IMG/VR virus record: IMGVR_UViG_3300042402_007915
Coordinates: 32,001-96,000 of that record
DNA from: a virus
Reading direction: 5' to 3' (one strand)
Length of the DNA stretch: 64,000 nt
The translations under genes and the position numbers were made by a program. Of the stretch, positions 1 through 7,945 are shown piece after piece. The number at the start of each line of letters is the position of its first letter. Within the stretch, counting starts at the first letter, position 1. The notes beneath the pieces were generated by a model. The model was not told the origin of the DNA. It did not search any database and saw only the letters and a program-made list of their open reading frames with translations.

Positions 1-2
1 GG

Positions 3-1742
3 GAGTTCCAGAAGTACGGATTTGATCCCGATGCCGAATGGAAGGCAATGCAGGAGTTTATAGACGAAGAACTCAAACACAGGCCAACTGCGACTCGGGC
101 TACTCTTGCTACTGAATACGTTGAGACTGAAACGGGCGACTCTTTAACGAGTTACTTTGACAATAACGCTGCTAGGCTTTCTGGTTTGTCTGGTAGTTTC
201 AATACCAGGAGAGTAAGGGCGGGTGGTATTCACTCTACTCAGGGGTTGCATACTTGGGCGACTGGTAAGATTGCCGGTGCAATTAAGAAGGCCCCGCTTG
301 CGTTTGGTGCGGCCTCCGTTTTTGGTCTTGTTGGTGGAACCCTTGCGGCAGTTACAACCCCTTCTGAGGAACGGTACGCACCCCAAAACAGCATTCTGAG
401 TATGTCTTACAGTGAATACTCGGCCGCAAGAGATTTAGAGACAGCAACTCACGACGGTTTCCCTGAAAAGGGCCTAGCAAAAATGACTAGGTCCAGCAGA
501 ACAGACTTCGGATCGCCTTATCAGGGACCGGCCACCTCTTTATCAGTAATAGTACATCAAGACCTACTTAGAGCAAGAGAGCAAGAGCAGAGAAAGAAGT
601 ACGGCGGCGGAAGTTACGACGAAAGGCCTGAATTGAGGTCAATGTTCACCTACACGAGACAAAGAAATACTGCACTGTCAGGTGATCCAGCTGATGGTTT
701 GTTTACTGGTCTAAGAAACCAAAATGGAATGAAAGTTCTTAACATCGATGACAGCTACGACTTCGAAATCGAAGACGTTGACACGGTAAAGCTGCAAAAG
801 AGGGGAATGTTTGCCTCCTTGCAGCGGTTCATGGGACTGGGCGGCTCCTATACCTTCCGTCTCGAGGGCATTGACGCTACAGAAACAAGCCACGGGATGT
901 TTGACGACTCATGGCATACGCCACAACCTGGAGCACAGGAATCAATTGCAGGCTTCCAGAGGCTAGTACAAAAGGGCGGCCTTCAAATGGTGTTTGACCC
1001 CAATGACAACACCTATGGTCGCGGAGTAGGAACGCTCTTTTCTAACGGACAAAACATAAACCAAAAACTAGTAGAACAGGGTTTGGCGGCACATCTTCCT
1101 TACGGCTCATACATGGATGCACATGCAAACTGGGATGCAATGAGAAAAGCAGAACAGAAAGCTGTAGATGCCAGGAGAGGAATATGGTCGACAGCTTGGG
1201 CACAGACTTATAGGCACTTTACTGACTCTGCTGGAACTCAGATTACGTTCAACACGTTTGCTAGACCAAGTAAAATGGCCGAAAACTACAAAACAATGGA
1301 ATTGATCAGCCTTATGGAGCAGGCACAAGAGAAGGGCGCCATTTCTCCTCTCCAGGCCGAAACTGCATCTGCAATAGGCAAGTCATGGTCTCAATTCGGA
1401 GACAAGATGACCCCTTACCAGATTGAAGGAAATATTGCCGCCAACTACAGAGCGTCTATGCCCTCACTGATCAGAGACAATACTTCATTCATGCAAACCC
1501 AAGGAACCGGAAGTAACCCCAACAAGCTCGAAACAAAGAACTTTAACGACCTGAACGGTTACTTAGCAGTAGATTCAATGGGAAGCACAAACAGCCCCTA
1601 TACAAAAAATGCCTACCAGGCGTATGAAGTGTATGGCGTTGACAAAAAAAGAGCAGCTGAAAGAAGAGCTAGAATGGCTGCTATGCAAAGAAACATCAAC
1701 AACAAGTTTGGCGAGTCACCCATTAACCACCACAGGATGTAA
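3..1742 (+). CDS. C-terminal part of a large Gly-zipper protein with a thermonuclease (SNase) domain; 5'-truncated by the window edge
   Basis: The frame is open from position 3, upstream of the ATG at 48. SNase motifs occur in order: EDVDT, RLEGIDATE, QPGAQES, NTYGR, INQKLVEQGLA, KAEQKAVDARRGIWS (about 770-1190). Hydrophobic segment APLAFGAASVFGLVGGTLAAV near the start. Confidence 0.85.
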   Translation, partial: EFQKYGFDPDAEWKAMQEFIDEELKHRPTATRATLATEYVETETGDSLTSYFDNNAARLSGLSGSFNTRRVRAGGIHSTQGLHTWATGKIAGAIKKAPLAFGAASVFGLVGGTLAAVTTPSEERYAPQNSILSMSYSEYSAARDLETATHDGFPEKGLAKMTRSSRTDFGSPYQGPATSLSVIVHQDLLRAREQEQRKKYGGGSYDERPELRSMFTYTRQRNTALSGDPADGLFTGLRNQNGMKVLNIDDSYDFEIEDVDTVKLQKRGMFASLQRFMGLGGSYTFRLEGIDATETSHGMFDDSWHTPQPGAQESIAGFQRLVQKGGLQMVFDPNDNTYGRGVGTLFSNGQNINQKLVEQGLAAHLPYGSYMDAHANWDAMRKAEQKAVDARRGIWSTAWAQTYRHFTDSAGTQITFNTFARPSKMAENYKTMELISLMEQAQEKGAISPLQAETASAIGKSWSQFGDKMTPYQIEGNIAANYRASMPSLIRDNTSFMQTQGTGSNPNKLETKNFNDLNGYLAVDSMGSTNSPYTKNAYQAYEVYGVDKKRAAERRARMAAMQRNINNKFGESPINHHRM

Positions 1743-1745
1743 CTA

Positions 1746-2738
1746 ATGAGCCAAGGACTTCTAAGTTTCCTGTCTAACACCCTCAACAGGGGGTTTATTG
1801 ACGCAATCGGTGGCAACTACGTAGGTATGGGTCAGGGGACTCGGATTTACGAGTTTGGTCCCTCTCGCTTTTCGGTAGCAAGCAAGGCACCTGCCGCATT
1901 CGGTAAATCAGTAAGAGCTGGTTTAATTGGTGGCGCTGTTGCTGTCGGCCTAAACGTCTTTACGGACAGTGATCCGTCTGTGTTGGGAATGGCAGGCACT
2001 TTCTCTTTTATGGGAATGATGTCTGCAGGTATGCCAGACTTTAAGAACCCAATGAAAATGCCAGGGAGAGGTGCAAGCTCGCTACTTGGTGTGGCGGCCC
2101 CTCTTCTCTTCTCTGGGTGGAATATCTGGAATGGTTACAACAACGAAGGCCTTCAGGGAGCAAAAGACGCGGCAATCTTTGACGTGGCCGTAGCTGGTGG
2201 TGCTTCTTTTGGTATTAGAGGACAAGTACTCAAATCTACAGTAGGAGACGCCACCTATGGAATCACAAGTCGAGTCACGAACAAAGGACCGCTACGTAAC
2301 GCAGGTAGATATCTTGGTGCGGCGGTTGGTGCAACGCTTGGCGGATCTATTGGAGAGTATATTGGGGTACCTGGTGGTGAAACTGCTGGAGTTATTGGTG
2401 GAGCTCTACTTGGAGGGGCGCCGCTTAGAACGTTTGCGAGATTCCCAAAAGCCACAGCAGCGGGTGTAGTTGGAATGGCAGTTGGTGCAGGGGTTGCAAC
2501 TGTAGGTAAGGGCGCCGGATACGTAGTTAAAATGGCAAATGCACATCAAAAGGCAAGAAGATCTATACAAACGGACGGATCTTTGGCAGCTTTTATGACT
2601 GAAGGTGCAAGTACTATGCGTTCTCGAGCAGTACAAGCGATCCAGAACTCGCATATGAATGCGAGATCCGCGCTAGGTAGAGAAGCTAACTTTATGCACT
2701 ACCCCAGCAAGAACTACCATTCGAGTTATAGGATGTAA
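1746..2738 (+). CDS. Gly/Ala-rich (glycine-zipper) membrane-active or virion-internal protein
   Basis: 330-aa ORF with several GxxxG hydrophobic helices (e.g. YLGAAVGATLGGSIG, GVVGMAVGAGVATVG) and a helical C-terminus TMRSRAVQAIQNSHMNARSALGREA. Confidence 0.7.
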   Translation: MSQGLLSFLSNTLNRGFIDAIGGNYVGMGQGTRIYEFGPSRFSVASKAPAAFGKSVRAGLIGGAVAVGLNVFTDSDPSVLGMAGTFSFMGMMSAGMPDFKNPMKMPGRGASSLLGVAAPLLFSGWNIWNGYNNEGLQGAKDAAIFDVAVAGGASFGIRGQVLKSTVGDATYGITSRVTNKGPLRNAGRYLGAAVGATLGGSIGEYIGVPGGETAGVIGGALLGGAPLRTFARFPKATAAGVVGMAVGAGVATVGKGAGYVVKMANAHQKARRSIQTDGSLAAFMTEGASTMRSRAVQAIQNSHMNARSALGREANFMHYPSKNYHSSYRM

Positions 2739-2740
2739 GC

Positions 2741-3172
2741 ATGATTAACTTTAGCCACAAAACTGCTCTTTGGAATGAGATCCGAGAACTCCTAGTCGCA
2801 GGTAAGCGCGTAGCCGTGTTCGGCAATGATCAGAATTTTGAAGACTTAGTTTCTTTCCTCATTCCGGTTGTTTACATCCAGCTCGAACACGAAGGTCCGC
2901 CTCCCAAAAGGATCGGAAAGTCTTGGTCTATCCCCGTAACTAACTACAATACTGTCATTGAGTTCTACAATACAGACAGTATGGATCAGATTGACGAATT
3001 CAAAGACAGGTATCTTCTTAACCCCAGCAAGCTGGATTACATTGTTACAATTGAGCTCCGTGATAACCCGACTGTCTTTGATGCTCTCATGATGGATGTA
3101 TTGCCTGTTTTGGCAATCATCTCCGAAACTGAACCCGACATTTACGTTCAAAGGAAGATTTTTGATGTCTGA
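2741..3172 (+). CDS. Hypothetical protein; apparent degenerate paralog of the terminase ATPase core
   Basis: 143-aa ORF fills the gap before terL and overlaps its start. Segments align by eye to the neighbouring terminase (see findings). Confidence 0.6.
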   Translation: MINFSHKTALWNEIRELLVAGKRVAVFGNDQNFEDLVSFLIPVVYIQLEHEGPPPKRIGKSWSIPVTNYNTVIEFYNTDSMDQIDEFKDRYLLNPSKLDYIVTIELRDNPTVFDALMMDVLPVLAIISETEPDIYVQRKIFDV

Positions 3173-5345
3173 AGAGCTGACCCTAAAAGGCCTAGAGAAG
3201 AGGCTGTACACTAAGAACGAGTACGGCATTAAACACCAAGACCCTAACCTTTCCCTCTCTGAGGAGGAAGAGGCGTTTCTTAGGGACTTGTTTACCATTC
3301 CTAGTCACTGGCATAAGACTTGCGTCTCTTGTATTGCAAGGCAGCATGCAAAGTACGGAGAAAACAAGATTAAGTGCAAAGGCATCAATAGTGAGTTGCC
3401 CGAAGGGTCCGCCGAGCTACTTGACGAGTTAGTAATTGAAAAGGGCATCGACAAAGACAGGGCCCTTCTGGTCCTTCGTGCAAGCCAAGACCCAGTTGCT
3501 TGGGCCGAGCTGATGTTTGGTTTTGATGACAAGACAAAAGGCACTGAAAACGAGTACTACATTCGGTCATATCAGAAAGAGCAGCTTCGTTGTACGGCCG
3601 AAAGTATGGTCATACGTGAAGGAAGGCGTACTGGTAAGTCTTTCGTTATTGCACTTAAGCTGATTTGGTTAGCCTTTAACCACAAAGTGTCTCGAGGCAT
3701 GAAAGACGGAGTTGCTGTAACTACAGGACCCCAAATTCTCATTGTTACTCCATACCAAGTACAGATTGACAACATCTTCCAAGAAATTGAAGGGCTACTA
3801 CTAAAGTGCCCTGAGCTGGCAGATGAGGTTTTGACTGGAAATAGCGGCTCTCTGTACGCCAAGACTCCTCCTTTGCGTATGGAGTTCAAGAACAGAGCTA
3901 GTATCAAGGGATTCGTTTCAGGCGTCTCAGCCAAAACTGACGGTACTGCAGGAGGTACTATCCGCGGACAGTCGGCCGACATCATTTACCTGGACGAGAT
4001 GGACATGATCCCCGAACCCATCTTGACCAACGCTATCCTCCCGGTACGTCTTACTCGTCGTGGAACGAGGATGATTGCCACCTCAACGCCTATCGGAAAG
4101 CGTGGCCACTTCTATAACTGGTGCAAAAACAGCTCAAATTACAAAGAAGATCACTTGCCCACTACAGTCTTGCCACACTGGGAAAGCGAAAAAGACAGTA
4201 TCCTAGGAGATCAGACTAAAGACTCACTCATGGCAGAGTACATGGCTGAGTTCATTGATGGAGATAACTCGGTATTTAAGTCTGAATGGATTAGAAGGGC
4301 CCGTTTTGAGTATGAATACGCCAAAACCACCTCGCATCGGTATGTAAAAGAGCGGCTCTTTGTTCAAAAGCCCCAAACTCTCTCAAAATGCCTTGGTATC
4401 GACTGGAACAAGAATGCTGGCACTGAATTCGTTGTCACTGGCTACGACAGAGACGCTCATAGGTGGGTAGTCCTTGAGGCAACAAACATCCCTCAGTCCG
4501 AGTGGTCTTCAATCAGGTGGAAAGAAGAGGTAATTCGCCTAAATCAGAAGTGGGAACTTGATTACATCTACGCAGACGAAGGATATGGCCACACAATCAT
4601 CGAAGACTTGCGTGCTTACTCACTAGCAATGCAGTCTATCGAGAAACCGGACGCAAGACAGAAGTCAATTGCACGTCTAGTAAACGTAATTAAGAGCCTC
4701 AACTTCTCATCTAAGATCATCTTGCGTTCTCCCGTAGATGGCAAGGAAATTCCAAAGACAGCAAAGGACTTCCTGATTGAGAACACAATCCGTATCTTTG
4801 AAGAGGACGCCGTTGCTTATCCTCTCGAGGACGACCAGCTGTTCAAAGAACTAGAAAACTACACAATCTTGAGAAGAAACCCAAGTACTAACAAGGCTGT
4901 TTATGGCCCCAAATCTGACAAGATTGGAGACCATAGGCTGGATGCCTTTATGTTGAGTCTTGGTGGGTTGTTCTTGGAGTTAAGTGAGTACAGTCCTAAC
5001 ATGTATGGAAGCTCGAACGCGCACTCCTTAGACAAAGAGACCCTTGAGAAGAGAGCGCAGGCAGAAGAAGCCGAAGGTACTGTTTCTCAATTCTTCAGGG
5101 ATATGAAGAAGACAAATGTTTCCCTAGACATGACTGCATTGTTAGTTTATGGAAATGATGGTAAAATCCTAAATAACCCAAATGAGGTAGAAAAGCTTTC
5201 TCATATTGGTAGAAGAGGGAAACCAAATACGTCTGGGTCTGCTTACGAGCACTACAAGGAACTAAGAAACGTTCCTAGCGGAGATCCTGACTATGCTCAA
5301 CAGAGTGAAGCAAAAGTTCTAACTCGTAGAGGATTCAGGAGGTAG
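3165..5345 (+). CDS. terL: Terminase large subunit
   Basis: Q motif IRSYQ, Walker A REGRRTGKS, Walker B IIYLDEMD, coupling motif ATST, RNase H-fold LGIDWN, YADEGYG and DHRLDAF. The ATG at 3165 is preceded by AAGGA and is preferred over 3096. Confidence 0.96.
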   Translation: MSEELTLKGLEKRLYTKNEYGIKHQDPNLSLSEEEEAFLRDLFTIPSHWHKTCVSCIARQHAKYGENKIKCKGINSELPEGSAELLDELVIEKGIDKDRALLVLRASQDPVAWAELMFGFDDKTKGTENEYYIRSYQKEQLRCTAESMVIREGRRTGKSFVIALKLIWLAFNHKVSRGMKDGVAVTTGPQILIVTPYQVQIDNIFQEIEGLLLKCPELADEVLTGNSGSLYAKTPPLRMEFKNRASIKGFVSGVSAKTDGTAGGTIRGQSADIIYLDEMDMIPEPILTNAILPVRLTRRGTRMIATSTPIGKRGHFYNWCKNSSNYKEDHLPTTVLPHWESEKDSILGDQTKDSLMAEYMAEFIDGDNSVFKSEWIRRARFEYEYAKTTSHRYVKERLFVQKPQTLSKCLGIDWNKNAGTEFVVTGYDRDAHRWVVLEATNIPQSEWSSIRWKEEVIRLNQKWELDYIYADEGYGHTIIEDLRAYSLAMQSIEKPDARQKSIARLVNVIKSLNFSSKIILRSPVDGKEIPKTAKDFLIENTIRIFEEDAVAYPLEDDQLFKELENYTILRRNPSTNKAVYGPKSDKIGDHRLDAFMLSLGGLFLELSEYSPNMYGSSNAHSLDKETLEKRAQAEEAEGTVSQFFRDMKKTNVSLDMTALLVYGNDGKILNNPNEVEKLSHIGRRGKPNTSGSAYEHYKELRNVPSGDPDYAQQSEAKVLTRRGFRR
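5139..5167 (+). promoter_or_regulatory. Candidate sigma70-type promoter inside the terL 3' end
   Basis: TTGTTA-N17-TAAAAT with an extended -10 TG, in a local AT-rich patch about 180 nt upstream of the 5348 gene. Confidence 0.3.
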
Positions 5346-5347
5346 TT

Positions 5348-6739
5348 ATGGGTTTGCTTGCAAAAAGAGTCCTTCAGGTACTAAGCCCTGACACGAATCG
5401 CATTATCTTAGAGCGTGCACAAAAAGAAGTTACAAGCTCACACGCTAGGCCAATGAGTCGTACAGCGCCAAACGTTGTAACTCATAGCGCTGGCGGGAAC
5501 TCCTCATCTTATGCTCCATATGCGCAGCTACCCGGGTTCAGGCCTAACTATAGCTTAGGAGCTGAGCCGCCTCGGCCTAGTCCCTGGAACGCATTGGGAG
5601 ACAGAGACGATATCAGCTTCGACCTTCGCGCTTCGGTGGAAGCCAGGAAGAGGCATGGTCCACAGGAACAGCCAATCCCGCCTTATGAAAACGCTCCTTC
5701 TAGGGCTGGTGTGGGACGAGCTACTCGCTACATACCGATTCGTGAAAAAGAACGAGGTTTTAGAGCAGGTCATGCACTTTTCAGCAACGACCCCCCGGAG
5801 TACAGAACTTCGGTCAGACGCTATGTTCCCAATTCAGACACCGTTTTCATCTTTAGCAATCTCCGTACCGGACAGCTAAACAGTTTTCATCGACCGACAG
5901 CGGCAGGCCTAAAAGTAGAAGGGTACAAACCACCTCCCGGTCTAGATCCGGTTGCAGTTGGTGTACATAGGCCAACAGAAAACGTCACGCATAGGCAGGT
6001 GTACCCAATGTCTAAATGGCAAAAGGACCTAGAAGCCAACCAGAGACTTGATAGGCTAGGGCGGATTGCAAACGATAGAATGGCCGAAAAAGCAGAAGCC
6101 GCAGCCCTAAAAGCTGCAGAATTAAAAGCGTCAGCTCCTGTTCAGCCAAGCGGCAAGCCTCCCTCCGATCCTTCCTCCTGGAACGCGAAGTCAAAAATGG
6201 CCGACGAAATTGGCAAGCAAGCTGAAATGGGTCATTACCAAATGGTTCTTTATTCCAAGCCTGCCGGCAAGGGAAACACTGCTGTAGACCAAGCCGTTAA
6301 GGCAGCCACGGGTGCCGCCCCGGTTCCTAGGAACCTAACTAGTGGTTTTGGTGGTATGGGTTCTGTTTTTGGTGGTGCTGCTCTTGGTGGCGGTATGGGT
6401 TATATTGGTAGTGACCCGGAGAGTAGAGGGTTTGGGGCCTTTGCTAAGGGTGCCGTTGCTGGTGCTGTTGGTGGTGCTATTGTTAGTGGTGCTGCTGCCC
6501 GGGGTATGATTAGTGGCGCCGCCGATTACGCAGGAACCTTTGCTAAGAACCACGATCTTGACGAGGCCTCCCAGTTCTTCTCCGACAATGCAAACCGTGC
6601 CCACATGGGTCTAGAGTCCGCTGAAAGCCGAGCCATGCTGTTTGGTGCTGGTGCTATGTTAAGTGGTGCTATGTTTGGTACAAGAAGAAATCGTGCTTCT
6701 GGTATCAACGCCAATAGAGGCAATCGTTTCGGAGGATAA
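5348..6739 (+). CDS. Hypothetical protein: Pro/Arg-rich disordered N-terminus and Gly-zipper hydrophobic C-terminus
   Basis: 463 aa; SD AGGAGG upstream; C-terminal GGAALGGGMG, GAVAGAVGGAIVSG and AMLFGAGAMLSGAMFG segments. Confidence 0.7.
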   Translation: MGLLAKRVLQVLSPDTNRIILERAQKEVTSSHARPMSRTAPNVVTHSAGGNSSSYAPYAQLPGFRPNYSLGAEPPRPSPWNALGDRDDISFDLRASVEARKRHGPQEQPIPPYENAPSRAGVGRATRYIPIREKERGFRAGHALFSNDPPEYRTSVRRYVPNSDTVFIFSNLRTGQLNSFHRPTAAGLKVEGYKPPPGLDPVAVGVHRPTENVTHRQVYPMSKWQKDLEANQRLDRLGRIANDRMAEKAEAAALKAAELKASAPVQPSGKPPSDPSSWNAKSKMADEIGKQAEMGHYQMVLYSKPAGKGNTAVDQAVKAATGAAPVPRNLTSGFGGMGSVFGGAALGGGMGYIGSDPESRGFGAFAKGAVAGAVGGAIVSGAAARGMISGAADYAGTFAKNHDLDEASQFFSDNANRAHMGLESAESRAMLFGAGAMLSGAMFGTRRNRASGINANRGNRFGG

Positions 6740-6741
6740 GA

Positions 6742-7176
6742 ATGGCGCTCGCTTTTTACGACAGCAGTCAGACCTTAATTGACGCGTCTAACCCAATTCG
6801 AACTTCACACAATGGCTTCGTTGGTGAGTCTGACGAAGTCTTGTTTCATATTCGCAATGACAGCACGGACAGGTACTACGAAGAGATCTCTGTAGAGATT
6901 GAAGACCTTGAGGGATATGGAACGACTCCTGAGTACGAGCACAAGGGCTGGTCCTTTAAGCTCCTATACGGCTCTAGACGGCCTACAGAGAAGGAGTGGG
7001 ACATGGCCACTAGTATGGCACCGCTTCTAGTTCCTGACCTGGGAGACGACACTGGGGGCGACGACACGACCTATCTTCCTATCTGGCTTCGCATCTACGT
7101 ACCAGGAGGAACAAGAGCACAGTACCGCCCCAATTACTCTCTCAAGATTACTGCTATTGAAAAGGTAGTGCCCTAA
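6742..7176 (+). CDS. Small beta-rich (Ig-like) virion protein, hypothetical
   Basis: 144 aa, GGAGG SD, alternating beta-strand pattern (LFHIRN, IWLRIYVP); lies in the head module. Confidence 0.6.
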   Translation: MALAFYDSSQTLIDASNPIRTSHNGFVGESDEVLFHIRNDSTDRYYEEISVEIEDLEGYGTTPEYEHKGWSFKLLYGSRRPTEKEWDMATSMAPLLVPDLGDDTGGDDTTYLPIWLRIYVPGGTRAQYRPNYSLKITAIEKVVP

Positions 7177-7658
7177 TGTCTCGGTCCCTGTTTGAACAGT
7201 ACTCACCACCAAAAGAGATTGCCGATTTTGGTTCTCTTGCAGACAAGGTTAAAAGTCCAGAAAAGCAGATTGAGGAGACACGGGAGAGAATCAACGAAAG
7301 GGTTCAGCAAGCAAAACAAGAAGCAAGAAATGCTGAGTTTAAGGCCCTAAGCTACCAAGAGTCGGTTGAACAGCAGAAGCAGATTGCAGAGGCTCTGGAC
7401 AAGGTCCGGGAGACAAAGACAAGGCTCGGCGCCTTCTCTTCCTTTCTCGAGGCACAGCTCATCACAAACGGCATCTCACCAAATTTCAAACTGAATATCA
7501 GTAAGAGAAGAGCACTTAGAACAGCAACTAAACAGCTCTATGGGAAACCACAAGACGTAATCACCTACGAAATGTACAAAGAGCTTAAAGCCCTTAAAGC
7601 CAAAATGGAAAGAGAAGAGAGCCGAGAGTACGTTAAGGGTGACTGGAGTACCGAATGA
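7176..7658 (+). CDS. Hypothetical coiled-coil protein
   Basis: 160 aa with E/K/Q/R-rich heptads; translationally coupled to its neighbours (TAATG overlap). Confidence 0.65.
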   Translation: MSRSLFEQYSPPKEIADFGSLADKVKSPEKQIEETRERINERVQQAKQEARNAEFKALSYQESVEQQKQIAEALDKVRETKTRLGAFSSFLEAQLITNGISPNFKLNISKRRALRTATKQLYGKPQDVITYEMYKELKALKAKMEREESREYVKGDWSTE

Positions 7659-7945
7659 GCTTCTTAAGAAAAGCCGCAAGAGAAGAAGACAGTTACGATT
7701 CGGACAAAGCAAGAGAAGAACAGTATCTTTACTTGTTTCCTAAAATCGGAAGGGACTTTGTTACCAGAGAGGACCTTAGTTCCATCCTTGGATTGATTCT
7801 AGTTTTGCTAGGAAGACCCGATCTGCAAGTAGATTTAGAATCAAACACCTATGCTAAACAAATGGCAGAGAACTATAAAGACAAAATCAACAAGGGTACT
7901 GGTCCCGACTACTCCAAATTAGACCTTGTTAACATGGATGACTAA
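7655..7945 (+). CDS. Hypothetical protein
   Basis: 96 aa, ATGA overlap, GGAG SD, short hydrophobic stretch SILGLILVLLG. Confidence 0.6.
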   Translation: MSFLRKAAREEDSYDSDKAREEQYLYLFPKIGRDFVTREDLSSILGLILVLLGRPDLQVDLESNTYAKQMAENYKDKINKGTGPDYSKLDLVNMDD

